Shown here: positions 10,825 to 21,200 of the stretch, piece by piece
How the letters are laid out: each line of letters opens with the position of its first letter
Position numbering within the stretch: position 1 is the first letter of the stretch
DNA from: Oligoflexales bacterium
GTDB taxonomy: Bacteria > Bdellovibrionota_B > Oligoflexia > Oligoflexales > JAPPIL01
DNA: 64,000 bases
Direction: 5' to 3'
Assembly: GCA_965215515.1 (NCBI GenBank)
Contig: OZ244057.1
Coordinates: forward strand, 256,001 to 320,000
Notes under the pieces: model-generated
What the model saw: only the letters and a program-made list of their open reading frames with translations
Databases searched by the model: none
What the model was told of the DNA's origin: nothing
Made by a program: the position numbers and the translations under genes

Positions 10825-12072
10825 GTGGTCAGCTGGCGGCGTGCTACCCGCTTTTATCGCCGCGGTGCGGTTGCCATCGCGGCTGATGGCCGCATAGTTT
10901 GGCGTGGCTATGCGGCCCGTTTACCACAACGGTTTCGTTGTCTGCCACACGATAACTATGGCGAAGCGCTGGTGTTGCCAGGCTTCATCGATGCTCATAT
11001 CCACTTTCCCCAACAACGGATGCTGGCTACGGCAGGCAAAGATTTACTCGCTTGGTTGCAGCGTTTTACTTTTCCAGAGGAATGTCGCTACGCCTCGCAC
11101 ACGCACGCCCGCAAGGGTGCGGAAGCTTTCCTCGATTGCCTAGTGCAGCACGGGACTACCGCCGCAGTGGTTTTTTCCACCGTGCACCGTGCGGCAACCG
11201 CTATTCTCTTTGCCGCGGCAGCACGCCGCCACATCGCAATCATCAGCGGCAAAACGATGATGGATCGCAACGCCCCTGTCGCATTGTGCGATGATCCCGA
11301 ATCAAGTGCACGTGACAGCGAAGCACTGATCGCACAGTGGCATCGCCGCGGGCGGTCACGCTACGCCATCACCGTGCGTTTTGCGGTAACCTCGAGCACC
11401 GCACAGCTGCGCGCCGCAGGGGATCTTGCCGCACGCCACCCCGACTGCTATGTGCATAGTCACCTCGCCGAGAGCGAAGGTGAGATTGCCATGGTGCGAC
11501 AGCTGTTTCCCTGGGCAAAAGACTACACCGATGTCTACGACCGTTTCGGTTTGCTCGGTCGTCGCAGCTTGTTCGCCCACGGTGTGCATCTCTCGGAACG
11601 TGAATGTGCCCGTCTCTGCGAGGCTGAAGCGACGGTAATACACTGCCCCACCTCCAATAACTTTCTCGGCTCGGGACTCTTCAATACCAGCCACGTAGGG
11701 CGAGCGGATCGTCCCGTACGCATCGGTATTGCCACCGATGTCGGCGCGGGCACAAGTTATGCGATGCTGCATACCCTCGGTGAAGCTTACAAAGTAGCGA
11801 TGCTGGGCGGTCGGCGATTGACTGCACACGAACTTTTTCATCGCTCCACACGCGGCAATGCCATGCACCTCGGTCTTGATAAGGAGATCGGGGTACTTGA
11901 ACCAGGAAGGTGGGGGGACGTGGTGGTACTCGATCCCACCGCCACCCCAGTTCTACAGGCACGGCATACCTTGTCCAAGAATCTCGAAGACACGCTCTTC
12001 GCCCTCGCCATCCTCGGAGATGACCGTGCCGTGCGCGCAACGTATATCGCAGGACAGCGGGTGTGGGGATGA
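10825..12072 (+). CDS. guaD: Guanine deaminase
   Basis: PGFIDAHIHFPQ, HSHLAES, HCPTSNNFLGSG, ATDVGAGTS, LGDDRAV motifs; start uncertain. Confidence 0.92.
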   Translation: MVSWRRATRFYRRGAVAIAADGRIVWRGYAARLPQRFRCLPHDNYGEALVLPGFIDAHIHFPQQRMLATAGKDLLAWLQRFTFPEECRYASHTHARKGAEAFLDCLVQHGTTAAVVFSTVHRAATAILFAAAARRHIAIISGKTMMDRNAPVALCDDPESSARDSEALIAQWHRRGRSRYAITVRFAVTSSTAQLRAAGDLAARHPDCYVHSHLAESEGEIAMVRQLFPWAKDYTDVYDRFGLLGRRSLFAHGVHLSERECARLCEAEATVIHCPTSNNFLGSGLFNTSHVGRADRPVRIGIATDVGAGTSYAMLHTLGEAYKVAMLGGRRLTAHELFHRSTRGNAMHLGLDKEIGVLEPGRWGDVVVLDPTATPVLQARHTLSKNLEDTLFALAILGDDRAVRATYIAGQRVWG

Positions 12073-12150
12073 GCGAGGTGCAGGGCATTCGTGTAGTGTA
12101 TTTTTTTGTGCTGTGCTAGAATGGGCTACACGTAGCGTGGGAGTGCGAGA

Positions 12151-13614
12151 GTGGGTGCGGGTGTCATCAAAGAACATTTCATCGAGGAGGACTATCTCGA
12201 TTTTAGCGGTCGTCTAGAGATACAGCTTGCACAATTGCGCGAACAGCTCGGCAAGCCAGCCTTTAGCCGTAAAATTTTCAGTATCGGTGCGGAGTTGGAG
12301 GTCTATCTGATAGATAACAATTATCTTCCTGTCCCGATCAATCAGACACTTCTGGATCTGAGCAACAACCCCCAATTCACCCCAGAACTCAGCCGCTATA
12401 ACCTAGAGATGAACATGACTCCGGTGAAATTACCTGGGGCGGCCTTTACCACCCTGAGCGAGGAAATGTCATCCTTCCTAGGCGAGCTCCAAAAACACGC
12501 GGCGAGTGTCGATGCCAATGTCCTTCCTATCGGCACGCTACCGACGTTAAGTAAGACTCACTTCGACTCGTCTTACGTAACCGATAACCCTCGCTACCAC
12601 GCCCTGGCCAGAGGGTTATCGAGCGAAGAAGGTAGTCGCTACAGAATCAACATTAGCGGCGAAGACAGTTTTCTTATGGAAGGGGAGGGGATCGCGGCGG
12701 AGGGTGCTAATACTTCCTTTCAGGTGCATCTGCGCATCCCTGCGCATCACTTTGTGCGTTGCTTTAACGCCGCGCAGCTGGCTATCCCTCTGGTGTTGTC
12801 CTTGGCCGCCAACTCTCCGATGTTATCAGGACATCGCTTGTGGCAAGAGACCCGCATCGCTTTGTTTAAACAAAGCATTGATTTTCGTAAGTCACAGGGA
12901 CAAAACTGGCGCCACCCATCCAGAGTAACCTTTGGGCACGGTTGGCTCAGGCAAGGAGCGTGGGAGTTGTTTGCCGAAAACGTCGCTCTTTTCCCCGCCA
13001 TCTTGCCTGTCCTATACGATGAAGATCCAGACAAAGACCCCCCGTCGTTGTCGGAGCTTTGTCTACATAACGGCACGGTTTGGTCTTGGAATAGGGCAGT
13101 ATACAGCGATGTCGAGGAGGGACACCTACGTATCGAGTTTCGTGCCCTTCCAGCGGGGCCGACAGTGCTGGACATGATGGCTAACGCCGCTTTCATTATC
13201 GGCCTTACCTTGGGAATGCAGGAGTTTGCCAATGAGCTGATTACAGGCCTACCGTTTCGCTTAGCAGAGTACAACTTCTACCGCAGTGCGCAGGATGGTA
13301 TCAACGCTAAGCTGCTGTGGCCGAGCCATTATCTGGGGGGAATTAGCGAAATACCCGTCACAGAGTTGATCGCACGCTTTCTCCCCTTAGCGCGGGAGGG
13401 CTTGAGCATTTTGGCCAGTGACAAGCACGAAAACGATCGTTTGATGACAATCATTGAGGAGAGGCTGGCGAAGAAAACCAACGGCGCAACCTGGCAGTTA
13501 AAGCGCCATGCGCACTATCGCAAGAGTTGTTCCTCGGCGGAAGCCGCGACACGCATGCTAAAAGATTACCGAGAAAATTTTTTAGACGGCAAACCAGTGG
13601 CACAATGGAACTGA
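12151..13614 (+). CDS. Second GCS2-family carboxylate-amine ligase
   Basis: IGAELE, ELSRYNLE, NTSFQVHL, AANSP, WSWNRAVY, HLRIEFRALPAGPT motifs. Confidence 0.85.
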   Translation: MGAGVIKEHFIEEDYLDFSGRLEIQLAQLREQLGKPAFSRKIFSIGAELEVYLIDNNYLPVPINQTLLDLSNNPQFTPELSRYNLEMNMTPVKLPGAAFTTLSEEMSSFLGELQKHAASVDANVLPIGTLPTLSKTHFDSSYVTDNPRYHALARGLSSEEGSRYRINISGEDSFLMEGEGIAAEGANTSFQVHLRIPAHHFVRCFNAAQLAIPLVLSLAANSPMLSGHRLWQETRIALFKQSIDFRKSQGQNWRHPSRVTFGHGWLRQGAWELFAENVALFPAILPVLYDEDPDKDPPSLSELCLHNGTVWSWNRAVYSDVEEGHLRIEFRALPAGPTVLDMMANAAFIIGLTLGMQEFANELITGLPFRLAEYNFYRSAQDGINAKLLWPSHYLGGISEIPVTELIARFLPLAREGLSILASDKHENDRLMTIIEERLAKKTNGATWQLKRHAHYRKSCSSAEAATRMLKDYRENFLDGKPVAQWN

Positions 13615-14612
13615 AGATTTGGCAGGATCCCCAGACAAGCGAAGTAGGCGATACCCCCGAAGATTTTTTGCATATACTGGGTGGTGCGACGGCATTGCGC
13701 CTTACGGGCAAAGATCGTTCCCGCACCAGAGTGTTGGTAACCCTCACCCATGGCAACGAACCCTCTGGTTTCAGAGCTGTGCATCGCTGGCTGGCAGAAG
13801 GGCATCGCCAACCCGCGGTCAACATCGTAGTTATCCTCAGTGCGGTGGAGACGGCACTGACTCGTCCTTTCTTTTTTTACCGTCACTTGCCTGGACGACG
13901 CGACCTCAATCGCTGTTTTCGTCCCCCCTATGAAGGTAGGGAGGGGCGGTTAGCCGCGGCTATTCTGACCGAAATTCGTCATCACCATCCCGAAGCAGTG
14001 GTGGACATGCATAACACTTCTGGTTCGAGCCACGCCTTTGCCGTTGTTCACCGTGACAGTTTCGCTAAAAGGCAGCTGGCAAGCCTTTTTGTCGATTGCT
14101 TGATCGATTCCAGGCTGTGTTTGGGGGCGTTGATGGAGCAAGACCAACAGCTGGGAGTTCCTATCATCACCATCGAAGCAGGGGGGGTGCAAGACCCACA
14201 AACGACAGCTGATACTTGGCGGGGGGTAGAGACTTATTTTTTGAAGGACAATTTGTACAAATCTTCTCGCGATATTTTTGTCTTCAATAACCCCCTGCGT
14301 CTAGAGCTTGCTCCTAAGACCAGTATCGATTATGCCGACCGTCGCATGCCTGAGACAAATGTAGTTATGCGCAAAGACATAGAAAAGTTTAACTTTTATC
14401 CTATCGATAAAGACGAGATGCTGGGATGGTTGAATATCAGAGGCATCGCTGGTTTGAAAGTCATCAAAGAAAACACAACTCGTGATGCTAACGAGTTTTT
14501 TAAGCTTAAAGAAGGCAAATTCTATCCTCGCCACAAGATGCAAATTTTCATGGCCACTACCCAACGTAATATCGCGGTGTCAGATTGTCTTTTTTATTTC
14601 ATAAATTCCTAG
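13605..14612 (+). CDS. Succinylglutamate desuccinylase/aspartoacylase family (M14-like) hydrolase
   Basis: HGNE, DLNRCF, DMHNTSG, IEAGG motifs; ATG 13605 overlaps the end of the upstream ligase. Confidence 0.85.
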   Translation: MELKIWQDPQTSEVGDTPEDFLHILGGATALRLTGKDRSRTRVLVTLTHGNEPSGFRAVHRWLAEGHRQPAVNIVVILSAVETALTRPFFFYRHLPGRRDLNRCFRPPYEGREGRLAAAILTEIRHHHPEAVVDMHNTSGSSHAFAVVHRDSFAKRQLASLFVDCLIDSRLCLGALMEQDQQLGVPIITIEAGGVQDPQTTADTWRGVETYFLKDNLYKSSRDIFVFNNPLRLELAPKTSIDYADRRMPETNVVMRKDIEKFNFYPIDKDEMLGWLNIRGIAGLKVIKENTTRDANEFFKLKEGKFYPRHKMQIFMATTQRNIAVSDCLFYFINS

Positions 14613-14638
14613 TCAAGGGCAGATAATAGGCTGTGTAG

Positions 14639-15715
14639 ATGCGCTTATTTTTTTACATCCTTAAACGCTACTGTGCCTACGCGGTAGCGGTCGTTGCCCT
14701 GTGTTCTTTTTTGTTTATTTTTTTCGATTTTGGCCATCGGGCGCGGGTTTTTTTCAGCAAAGTCGATCCTCCCGCGCTCGATATCGGGAAATTTTATTTT
14801 TTGCAACTACCATTTTTTGGCGTGCAGGCGTTGCCGATTGCGGCGTTATTGGCTTCGGTGTTGACGATGCTGGTGTTGGGGCGCAACAACGAAATTACCG
14901 CGCTGCGCGCCGCGGGGGCAAGCCCCCTGCGCTTGTCTACCCCGTTACTGGCGGGAGGTCTGTTGTGCGCTGCTCTTGGCTGCTGGGCAGGTGAATATCT
15001 TGTGCCCGCAAGTGCGCTGCGTATGCGACAGCTGGAAGCACAGATGGCAGGTGATGTTGTTTATCGTCCTGACAAACACGTCTGGTTGAAAAACGGCAAC
15101 ACGATTTTTCGTTACCGCACTTTCAATCCCTATCGTCAACGTTTACTGGGCTTGAAACAGATAGAGCTGAGGGAAGATTTCGGGGTGCGGAGTATTGCCA
15201 CTGCTGCACAAGCTGATTATCGTGGTGAAGATTGGCTGCTGCACGCAGTACGTGCGCGGCACTACGATCGGCACGGTCTACTGACGCAGACAGAAGAAAT
15301 GGAATACTTGGCGATGAAGTTGCCCTTTGCCATCGCTTGGCTACAGCGCGAACAACGCAAACCGCTGGAAATGAAACGAGCCGAACTCATTGCCCTGATC
15401 CGTACACGGCATGCACGCGGTGAGCCTACCCTCGCACCAGAGGTTGACCTGCATTTGAAAATAGCCTACCCGTGCGCCGCATTGTTCGTGGTGTTACTGG
15501 GAGTGCGGTTTGGTTTTCTCTACCACCGTCGTGTGGTGCGAGGAGTGATGGCCACGTTTGTTGTCGGTTTCGTCTACTGGCTACTGCTCGGCATCTGCAC
15601 GGCGTTGGGGCGGGTGGGAGCACTGCCCCCCTTCATCGCCGCGTGGTTTGCCAATGCGGTACTGCTACTCTACTGTTTGCGGCAGATGCACACGGTGTAC
15701 AGTCGGCTAGCTTAG
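14639..15715 (+). CDS. LptF/LptG LPS export permease (LptG-like)
   Basis: NEITALRAAGAS motif, 3 TM + periplasmic domain + 3 TM, LPPFIAAWFAN. Confidence 0.88.
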   Translation: MRLFFYILKRYCAYAVAVVALCSFLFIFFDFGHRARVFFSKVDPPALDIGKFYFLQLPFFGVQALPIAALLASVLTMLVLGRNNEITALRAAGASPLRLSTPLLAGGLLCAALGCWAGEYLVPASALRMRQLEAQMAGDVVYRPDKHVWLKNGNTIFRYRTFNPYRQRLLGLKQIELREDFGVRSIATAAQADYRGEDWLLHAVRARHYDRHGLLTQTEEMEYLAMKLPFAIAWLQREQRKPLEMKRAELIALIRTRHARGEPTLAPEVDLHLKIAYPCAALFVVLLGVRFGFLYHRRVVRGVMATFVVGFVYWLLLGICTALGRVGALPPFIAAWFANAVLLLYCLRQMHTVYSRLA

Positions 15716-15731
15716 CTGCGCCACCCAGCCC

Positions 15732-16991
15732 TTACAGGTACGGTTGCAAGCAAGAAGGCACGTTGACGTAGCCGTCGGCGGTCTGATGGCATTCGAGCAG
15801 AGGGATGAGGATGCGTGGCGAGGCAATGGCAGTGTTGTTGAGCGTGTAGCACCAGTGTTTGCGGTTGTCGTGGGCGCGGTAGCGAATTTGCAAGCGCCGC
15901 GCCTGGAAATCAAGCAGCGTCGAACAACTGTGTGTTTCTCCGTAAGCGTTGCGCGACGGCATCCACGTCTCGATATCGTGTTTGCGATACTGCCCCACAC
16001 CGAGATCACCCGTGCATACCTGCACGACACGATAAGGTAAACCCAAGTCCTGTACGATTTCTTCGGAATTAGCCAGCAGTTCGTCGTGCAGTTGCTCGGA
16101 ATCGTGCTCATCGGCAACCGAGATAATCAACTGTTCGATTTTTTGAAACTGATGTACTCGAAACAGACCGTGGGTATCCTTGCCGTACGTGCCCGCCTCG
16201 CGGCGAAAGCAAGAGGAATGTGCCATGTAGCGCCGCGGCAGGTCAGCGTGAGCGAGAATTTCGCCCTGATGATAGGCGACCAGAGATACTTCGGATGTGC
16301 CTACCAGTGCCAACTCGTCTTTTTCTAGACGATAGGTCTGTTCTCGTCCTACGGGAAAGTAGCCCGAACCGATCAACGCATGTTCCCTGAGCAACACAGG
16401 AACAGAAAATGGGACGAAGCCTTTGCGCAACAACTTGTGCCACACGTACTGTAACACGGCGTTTTCTAGGCGTGCCACAAACCCCCGCAGCATGTAGGAA
16501 CGACGGCCCGCTAATTTTACGCCACGAACGATGTCGATGCCTGCGTTAATTTTGCCTAGCTCGACATGGTCTCTAGGCTGGAAGTCAAACTGCGGCGGTG
16601 TGCCGTGTCTCTTGATCTCAACGTTATCCTGATCGCTCGTCCCCACAGGCACATCGGCACGCGGCGGCAGCGGCACGGCCAGCAATAACTCGTCGAGTTC
16701 CTCCAGCAAAGGACGGCATGCCTGTGTCACCCGTTCGATCTCCTGCTTCAAGGCCAGACCGCGCGCCCGCAAGTCCTGCTGGCATATGGCACTAGCCCCC
16801 TTCATCTGTTTGGCAGTTGTGTTACGCTCGCTTTGCAGTTTCTCAATCTCCCGCTGACGCGGCCGCAGCTCGGCATCGAGGGCAAGGATACGATCGATGT
16901 CAGCGTCGACTCGCTTGTGTGTACAAGCACGGCGAAAGAGATCGGGCTGGGTGCGAATACTTTTGAGATCGAGCGATGCGGGCATGTGCAC
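15732..16991 (-). CDS. serS: Serine--tRNA ligase
   Basis: GTSEV, FRREAG, RVHQFQKIEQ, YGETHSCS, TLNNTAIA class II aaRS motifs; N-terminal coiled coil. Confidence 0.97.
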   Translation of the reverse strand: MHMPASLDLKSIRTQPDLFRRACTHKRVDADIDRILALDAELRPRQREIEKLQSERNTTAKQMKGASAICQQDLRARGLALKQEIERVTQACRPLLEELDELLLAVPLPPRADVPVGTSDQDNVEIKRHGTPPQFDFQPRDHVELGKINAGIDIVRGVKLAGRRSYMLRGFVARLENAVLQYVWHKLLRKGFVPFSVPVLLREHALIGSGYFPVGREQTYRLEKDELALVGTSEVSLVAYHQGEILAHADLPRRYMAHSSCFRREAGTYGKDTHGLFRVHQFQKIEQLIISVADEHDSEQLHDELLANSEEIVQDLGLPYRVVQVCTGDLGVGQYRKHDIETWMPSRNAYGETHSCSTLLDFQARRLQIRYRAHDNRKHWCYTLNNTAIASPRILIPLLECHQTADGYVNVPSCLQPYL

Positions 16992-17101
16992 CTGTCACGT
17001 CTATCGTGCTCGCCAGTATATCAGAGACATCAACCCCCGCGCAAAGATTTTCACCGCACGGGGAGAATGGCAAGACAGTCATTCGCTGCGGTCAAACGTG
17101 T

Positions 17102-17935
17102 TTAGCGAAAGTCTTGCAACTCAGCCACCTGTCTAGGTGTGCTTTTGTCGCTCGAGAGACGGGGAATGGTAAGCAGTCTGTGCTGCTGTGCGTATTTGGA
17201 CGCACGGCGTGACCGTGCACCCGCGGTGGCGGTCTTCGCCTCTGTAAGGTAGGAGAAACCACCGTGCACAGGTTTACTGCGCAGTGCGTGTCGTAGTCCT
17301 TGAGCGGCGAACTTGAGCTGGTGGAAGTTTTCGAGTAGCGTGATGAGACGGTCGATGTCTCCTCGTTTCAGGGTAAGTTTAGTTTCGATAACGAAGACAC
17401 GTTTGGTGGTAATAACGATGGCATCGATTTCAAAATCTTTATTTCTGCCAGGTTTTTCTGCATAACTGCCCTCAACGTTACGCACAATTTTTTTTACCTG
17501 CTCTCCTTCGTAGAGGTCGGGAATAATTTTGTACAGGGCTTGCACGGTTTGGGTTTCAAACACAAAACCGTTGATGTTGGCCTGTTTGCCGCGCACCACG
17601 TTATAGTAGTCGCGGAATTCTTCGTATTCCTGGCGCAGTGTCGTCAGTTCTTCGTGCAGACTGTGCTTCGTCGAGGGGATGGACTGGTGTTTCTTGCTCT
17701 GGCGGGAGGCGACGATATCTGCACACAGTTTGCGCATCTTCGCAATCAGCAGGCAACCAGCCAGCGATGCCCCACTGATGAGTAGTGCGCTTTGTTTGAC
17801 AAGCTTTTTGCCGCGGTCGGGTTGTTCTTCTGCGGCGAATTCTTGCACATCGTGCAGCTGTGCGGCAGGATCAGGTAAACCACAACCGTTGGCCAGCAAT
17901 GCCGTTGCCAGCATGCAAGAACAGATAAGTTTCAC
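17102..17935 (-). CDS. Predicted lipoprotein with C-terminal PD-(D/E)xK nuclease-like domain
   Basis: Lipobox-like LANGC, coiled coil, GFVFE...FEIDAIV...VFVIETK. Confidence 0.6.
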   Translation of the reverse strand: MKLICSCMLATALLANGCGLPDPAAQLHDVQEFAAEEQPDRGKKLVKQSALLISGASLAGCLLIAKMRKLCADIVASRQSKKHQSIPSTKHSLHEELTTLRQEYEEFRDYYNVVRGKQANINGFVFETQTVQALYKIIPDLYEGEQVKKIVRNVEGSYAEKPGRNKDFEIDAIVITTKRVFVIETKLTLKRGDIDRLITLLENFHQLKFAAQGLRHALRSKPVHGGFSYLTEAKTATAGARSRRASKYAQQHRLLTIPRLSSDKSTPRQVAELQDFR

Positions 17936-18010
17936 AGGAAGAAGCCAATTTACCTTGCTGAAGGAACTGGCTTGTAGAGCAAAACACTGTAGCGGTCAAC
18001 TGTTTTTCGC

Positions 18011-18982
18011 TCAGGCGAGAAACTCTTGTACCGCTTTTTTTTCTGCCAACAGTTCATCGCGGCTACGGGCGAGATTACGTTGGGCATAAGCGGAGAGTTT
18101 GACATCATCGACGATGTGCCAGTCTTTGCCGTCGGAGGTGAGGGGGAAGGAGAAAGCCACTCCTGCGGGTACGCCGTAGCGTTCTCTGTCGTTGATCACC
18201 GCGGCAGAAAAACTAACCTCGCTGGCGGTGGATAGTTTTTTGACATGATCGAGACAAGCGTTGGCCGCGGAAGCAGCCGACGAGCTACCACGAGCCGCGA
18301 TTATCGCCGCACCGCGCTGTCTGATGCTGTGCATGAATTCACCTTCCAGCCAATCACGTGCGCACCGTGCGGTTACGGGCATATCATCGACCGTTGCGTT
18401 TTCAAAATCGGGGTACATGGTCGGGCTGTGGTTTCCCCAGACGATGAGGTTACTCACCTGTCCGACATTCACCTGCAGTTTGTGCGCCAACTGAGCGCGG
18501 GCACGGTTTTCGTCCAGCATGGTCATGGCGGTGAAGCGCGGTGCGGGAATGTCGGGGCAACTGTGCGCGGCGATCAAGGCGTTGGTGTTGCAGGGGTTGC
18601 CCACCACCACCACTCGCAGGCTAGCGTCGGCACGTGCCAAGGCTTTCCCTTGGGCGACGAAAATGCGAGCGTTGGCTAACAGCAGATCGCTACGTTCCAT
18701 CCCTGCCGTACGTGGTTTCGATCCCACCAGCAAGGCCCAGTGTACTCCGTCGAAGGCTTGGGTAGCGTCGGAGCAGATGTTCACCGCTGCCAGGGTGGGG
18801 AAACCACAATCGTCGAGTTCCATTGCCACACCCGCCGCGGCAGAGACAGCCTGGGGCAGCTCTAGGAGCTGTAGGTGCACTGCGCAGTCGTGGCCGAACA
18901 CCTCGCCACGGGCTAGCCTGAACAGCAGTGCGTAGCCGATTTGCCCTGCGGCTCCGCTAACGGCCACCTTGATGGTTTTCAT
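18011..18982 (-). CDS. mdh: Malate dehydrogenase
   Basis: [44 protein letters not shown] motifs. Confidence 0.97.
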   Translation of the reverse strand: MKTIKVAVSGAAGQIGYALLFRLARGEVFGHDCAVHLQLLELPQAVSAAAGVAMELDDCGFPTLAAVNICSDATQAFDGVHWALLVGSKPRTAGMERSDLLLANARIFVAQGKALARADASLRVVVVGNPCNTNALIAAHSCPDIPAPRFTAMTMLDENRARAQLAHKLQVNVGQVSNLIVWGNHSPTMYPDFENATVDDMPVTARCARDWLEGEFMHSIRQRGAAIIAARGSSSAASAANACLDHVKKLSTASEVSFSAAVINDRERYGVPAGVAFSFPLTSDGKDWHIVDDVKLSAYAQRNLARSRDELLAEKKAVQEFLA

Positions 18983-19413
18983 GTTTTGCTTGCGGCGCGG
19001 TTGCGCGCGGTGCGTTGGTGGGCGGTATTTTTTCCTGTTCCCTCGACGTAGCGGCTTTTGATTCGTGCTGCTTTTCCCGAACGCTGGCGCAGGTAGTAGA
19101 GCCGTGCGCGTCGTACTTTGCCGCGGTGCAGGACGGTAACTTTTTCGATGTACGAGGAGTAGCAGGGGAACACCCGTTCGACTCCGATACCTCCTGCTGA
19201 GATTTTGCGCACGGTGAAGGACGACCCTGCCGTGCCTCGTCGTCGCCGTAGCACGACACCCTCGAACGGTTGCAGGCGGAAGCGGGATTTAGCTCCGCTG
19301 CCTTCTCTCAGTTTGTAGTAAACCCGTACTGTATCGCCCGCGCGCAGATCTGGCAGAGGTTTGCGATCGGCAAAAACCTTCTCTTCGAAGGCGGTAATTA
19401 TCCTTGCATCCAT
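18979..19413 (-). CDS. rplS: 50S ribosomal protein L19
   Basis: [39 protein letters not shown]; start at MDARII (19413). Confidence 0.96.
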   Translation of the reverse strand: MDARIITAFEEKVFADRKPLPDLRAGDTVRVYYKLREGSGAKSRFRLQPFEGVVLRRRRGTAGSSFTVRKISAGGIGVERVFPCYSSYIEKVTVLHRGKVRRARLYYLRQRSGKAARIKSRYVEGTGKNTAHQRTARNRAASKT

Positions 19414-19539
19414 GTTTCCCACCTGTATCGAGCAAGCGCAGCGGACAGCTCTAACTTTTATCGGTGTTGTCGTCAACTGCTTTTTGCGGTTGCATCCTAT
19501 CGGCAATGAGATAACAATCGAGGATATAGGCGGTGAGGT

Positions 19540-20612
19540 TTGCACGTGTTACAGGGCATCTGTGCCAAGATACAAGCGGGCGATAGCATCAGCCGTGACG
19601 AGGCTTTTTTTCTGCATGAGCACGCTGATCTCGCCGTGTTGCAACGACTGGCGACACAGGTCAAGGCACGTTTTCACTCTCGCGATGCCGCGACTTACTT
19701 GGTGATGGCGATTATCAACTACACCAACATTTGCGTAGCTAACTGTGATTTCTGTGCGTTCTTCCGTTTCCCGCATCAGGAGGCACTTATCTGTTAACCA
19801 CTGCGGAGGTATTGCGGCGGGTCGCCCACTTCCGTCGTCTCGATGCGACTTTGATTGCTTTCAACGGTGGTTTCCACCCCAAGTTACAGCTCGATCATTA
19901 TGCTCGTCTGTTCGAGAAATTGCATGCGACGTATGGCGACGAGTTGACATTTTTCGAGATGACGGTGGCTGAGTTTATGTTCGCCTGCAAGCTTTCCAAG
20001 CTCAGCTATGCGGCGGGGGCGCGGTTGCTACGTAGTGCTGGCACAGGTTGGATTACGGGGGGCGGGGCGGAGGTGTTGACCGATAGTTTTCGCCAGCGTC
20101 ATAGCCGTGGGAAGTACACGGTCAGCGATTACTACGATGCACAGCAGGCTATTCTCGCGGCGGGTATTGGCTCAACAGCCACGATGGTTATCGGCTTCGA
20201 CGAAACGCTCGACGAGAGACTGGCGCATCTCGAACAGCTACGTGTTTTCCAGCATGCCAACGGCAATGCCCTGACGAGTTTTTTGTGTTGGACGTATAAG
20301 CCTGAGCACAATCGTCTCGGCGGGGAAGAGATAACGGCTAGTGCGTACTGGCGGTGGTTGGCGATCTGCCGTATCTTCCTCGACAACTTCGTCCATATCC
20401 GCACTTCGGTGTTAACGCAGAACGACGATGCCTTGCGGGGCTTGGATTTCGGAGCCGACGACTTCGATGTGCCGCTGGAGGATGAAGTTACTTGCAGTGC
20501 GGGTGCTACCATTGCCGACGACTACCGTGCAACATTGGTTGCCGCGCAGCGTTTCGGCTATCGACCTCGCCTACGGCGACCGTGGCGCGGGCACGATGCC
20601 GTGCTAGCTTGA
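19540..20612 (+). pseudogene. CofH/MqnC-like radical SAM protein split by a 1-nt frameshift near 19780-19783 (real lesion or assembly error)
   Basis: NYTNICVANCDFCAF (CxxxCxxC) in ORF 19540..19797; GGFHP, GGGAEVL, STATMVIG, FGADD in ORF 19812..20612; adding one G gives ..HQEGTYLLTTAEVLRR.. Confidence 0.8.
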
Positions 20613-20653
20613 CCCGTAGCGGGTGAGGAGATGTCCCTAAGACAAGATAAGCC

Positions 20654-20681
20654 TTGCCGCGTCTTGCCGATGCGTTATACT
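20654..20681 (+). promoter_or_regulatory. Sigma70-like promoter of the tRNA pair
   Basis: TTGCCG, 16-nt spacer, TATACT ending 11 nt before tRNA-Ser. Confidence 0.6.
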
Positions 20682-20692
20682 ACCCGACGGGG

Positions 20693-20779
20693 GGAGAGGT
20701 GGCTGAGTGGTCGAAAGCGCTGCCTTGCTAAGGCAGAGAATGGGTCACTGTTCCGAGGGTTCGAATCCCTCCCTCTCCG
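20693..20779 (+). tRNA. tRNA-Ser(GCT)
   Basis: GGAGAGG acceptor stem, CTGCC-TTGCTAA-GGCAG anticodon arm, long variable arm, GGTTCGAATCC. Confidence 0.95.
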
Positions 20780-20796
20780 CTTGGCCTCGTGCCTTC

Positions 20797-20870
20797 GCAC
20801 CCGTAGCTCAGTTGGATAGAGTACGAGACTACGAATCTCGTGGTCGGGCGTTCGAGTCGCTCCGGGTGCG
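20797..20870 (+). tRNA. tRNA-Arg(ACG)
   Basis: GCACCCG acceptor stem, CGAGA-CTACGAA-TCTCG anticodon arm, GTTCGAGTC T-loop. Confidence 0.95.
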
Positions 20871-20890
20871 CTCTGCATATCGGCACGCAG

Positions 20891-20925
20891 AATCCGTCCT
20901 CGCCAGTATTCGGCGGGGACGGATT
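20891..20925 (+). terminator. Stem-loop after the tRNA pair (possible terminator)
   Basis: AATCCGTCCTCGCC / GGCGGGGACGGATT 14-bp stem with one G-U pair; weak U-tract. Confidence 0.5.
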
Positions 20926-21013
20926 ATTGAAAACAAACCGCAAGCGGACTTCTGCCTCGTCCACGCGTCTAACGGTAATCTTTGCAAATATCCGCCGATA
21001 GGTAGATCTAAGC

Positions 21014-21044
21014 TGTAGATGCTCCCGTAAAAAGCGGACACCCT
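21014..21044 (+). mobile_element. Solo IS3-family-like terminal inverted repeat (left)
   Basis: TGTAGATGCTCCCGTAAAAAGCGGACACCCT; 30/31 match to the reverse complement of 44781-44811; 5'-TG terminus. Confidence 0.7.
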
Positions 21045-21200
21045 ATCGGCCCCTAACAGGGGAGCACTGCAAGTGTTTTAAAAAACTGAGTGCCGTATAA
21101 TTATAATCAATTTGTATAAATCATACTGTTGTCTATTTTTATGTTTTCTTAAAATTGTTTCCTTAAAAAATTAGAAACAAAACTAAATTAACTAAAACAA

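Noticed and set aside
19414..19545. N-terminal extension of L19 in the ORF track
   Set aside because: L19 similarity begins at ATG 19413; the extension covers the divergent promoter region
5387..20870. All three tRNAs lack encoded CCA
   Set aside because: Common in bacteria that use a CCA-adding enzyme
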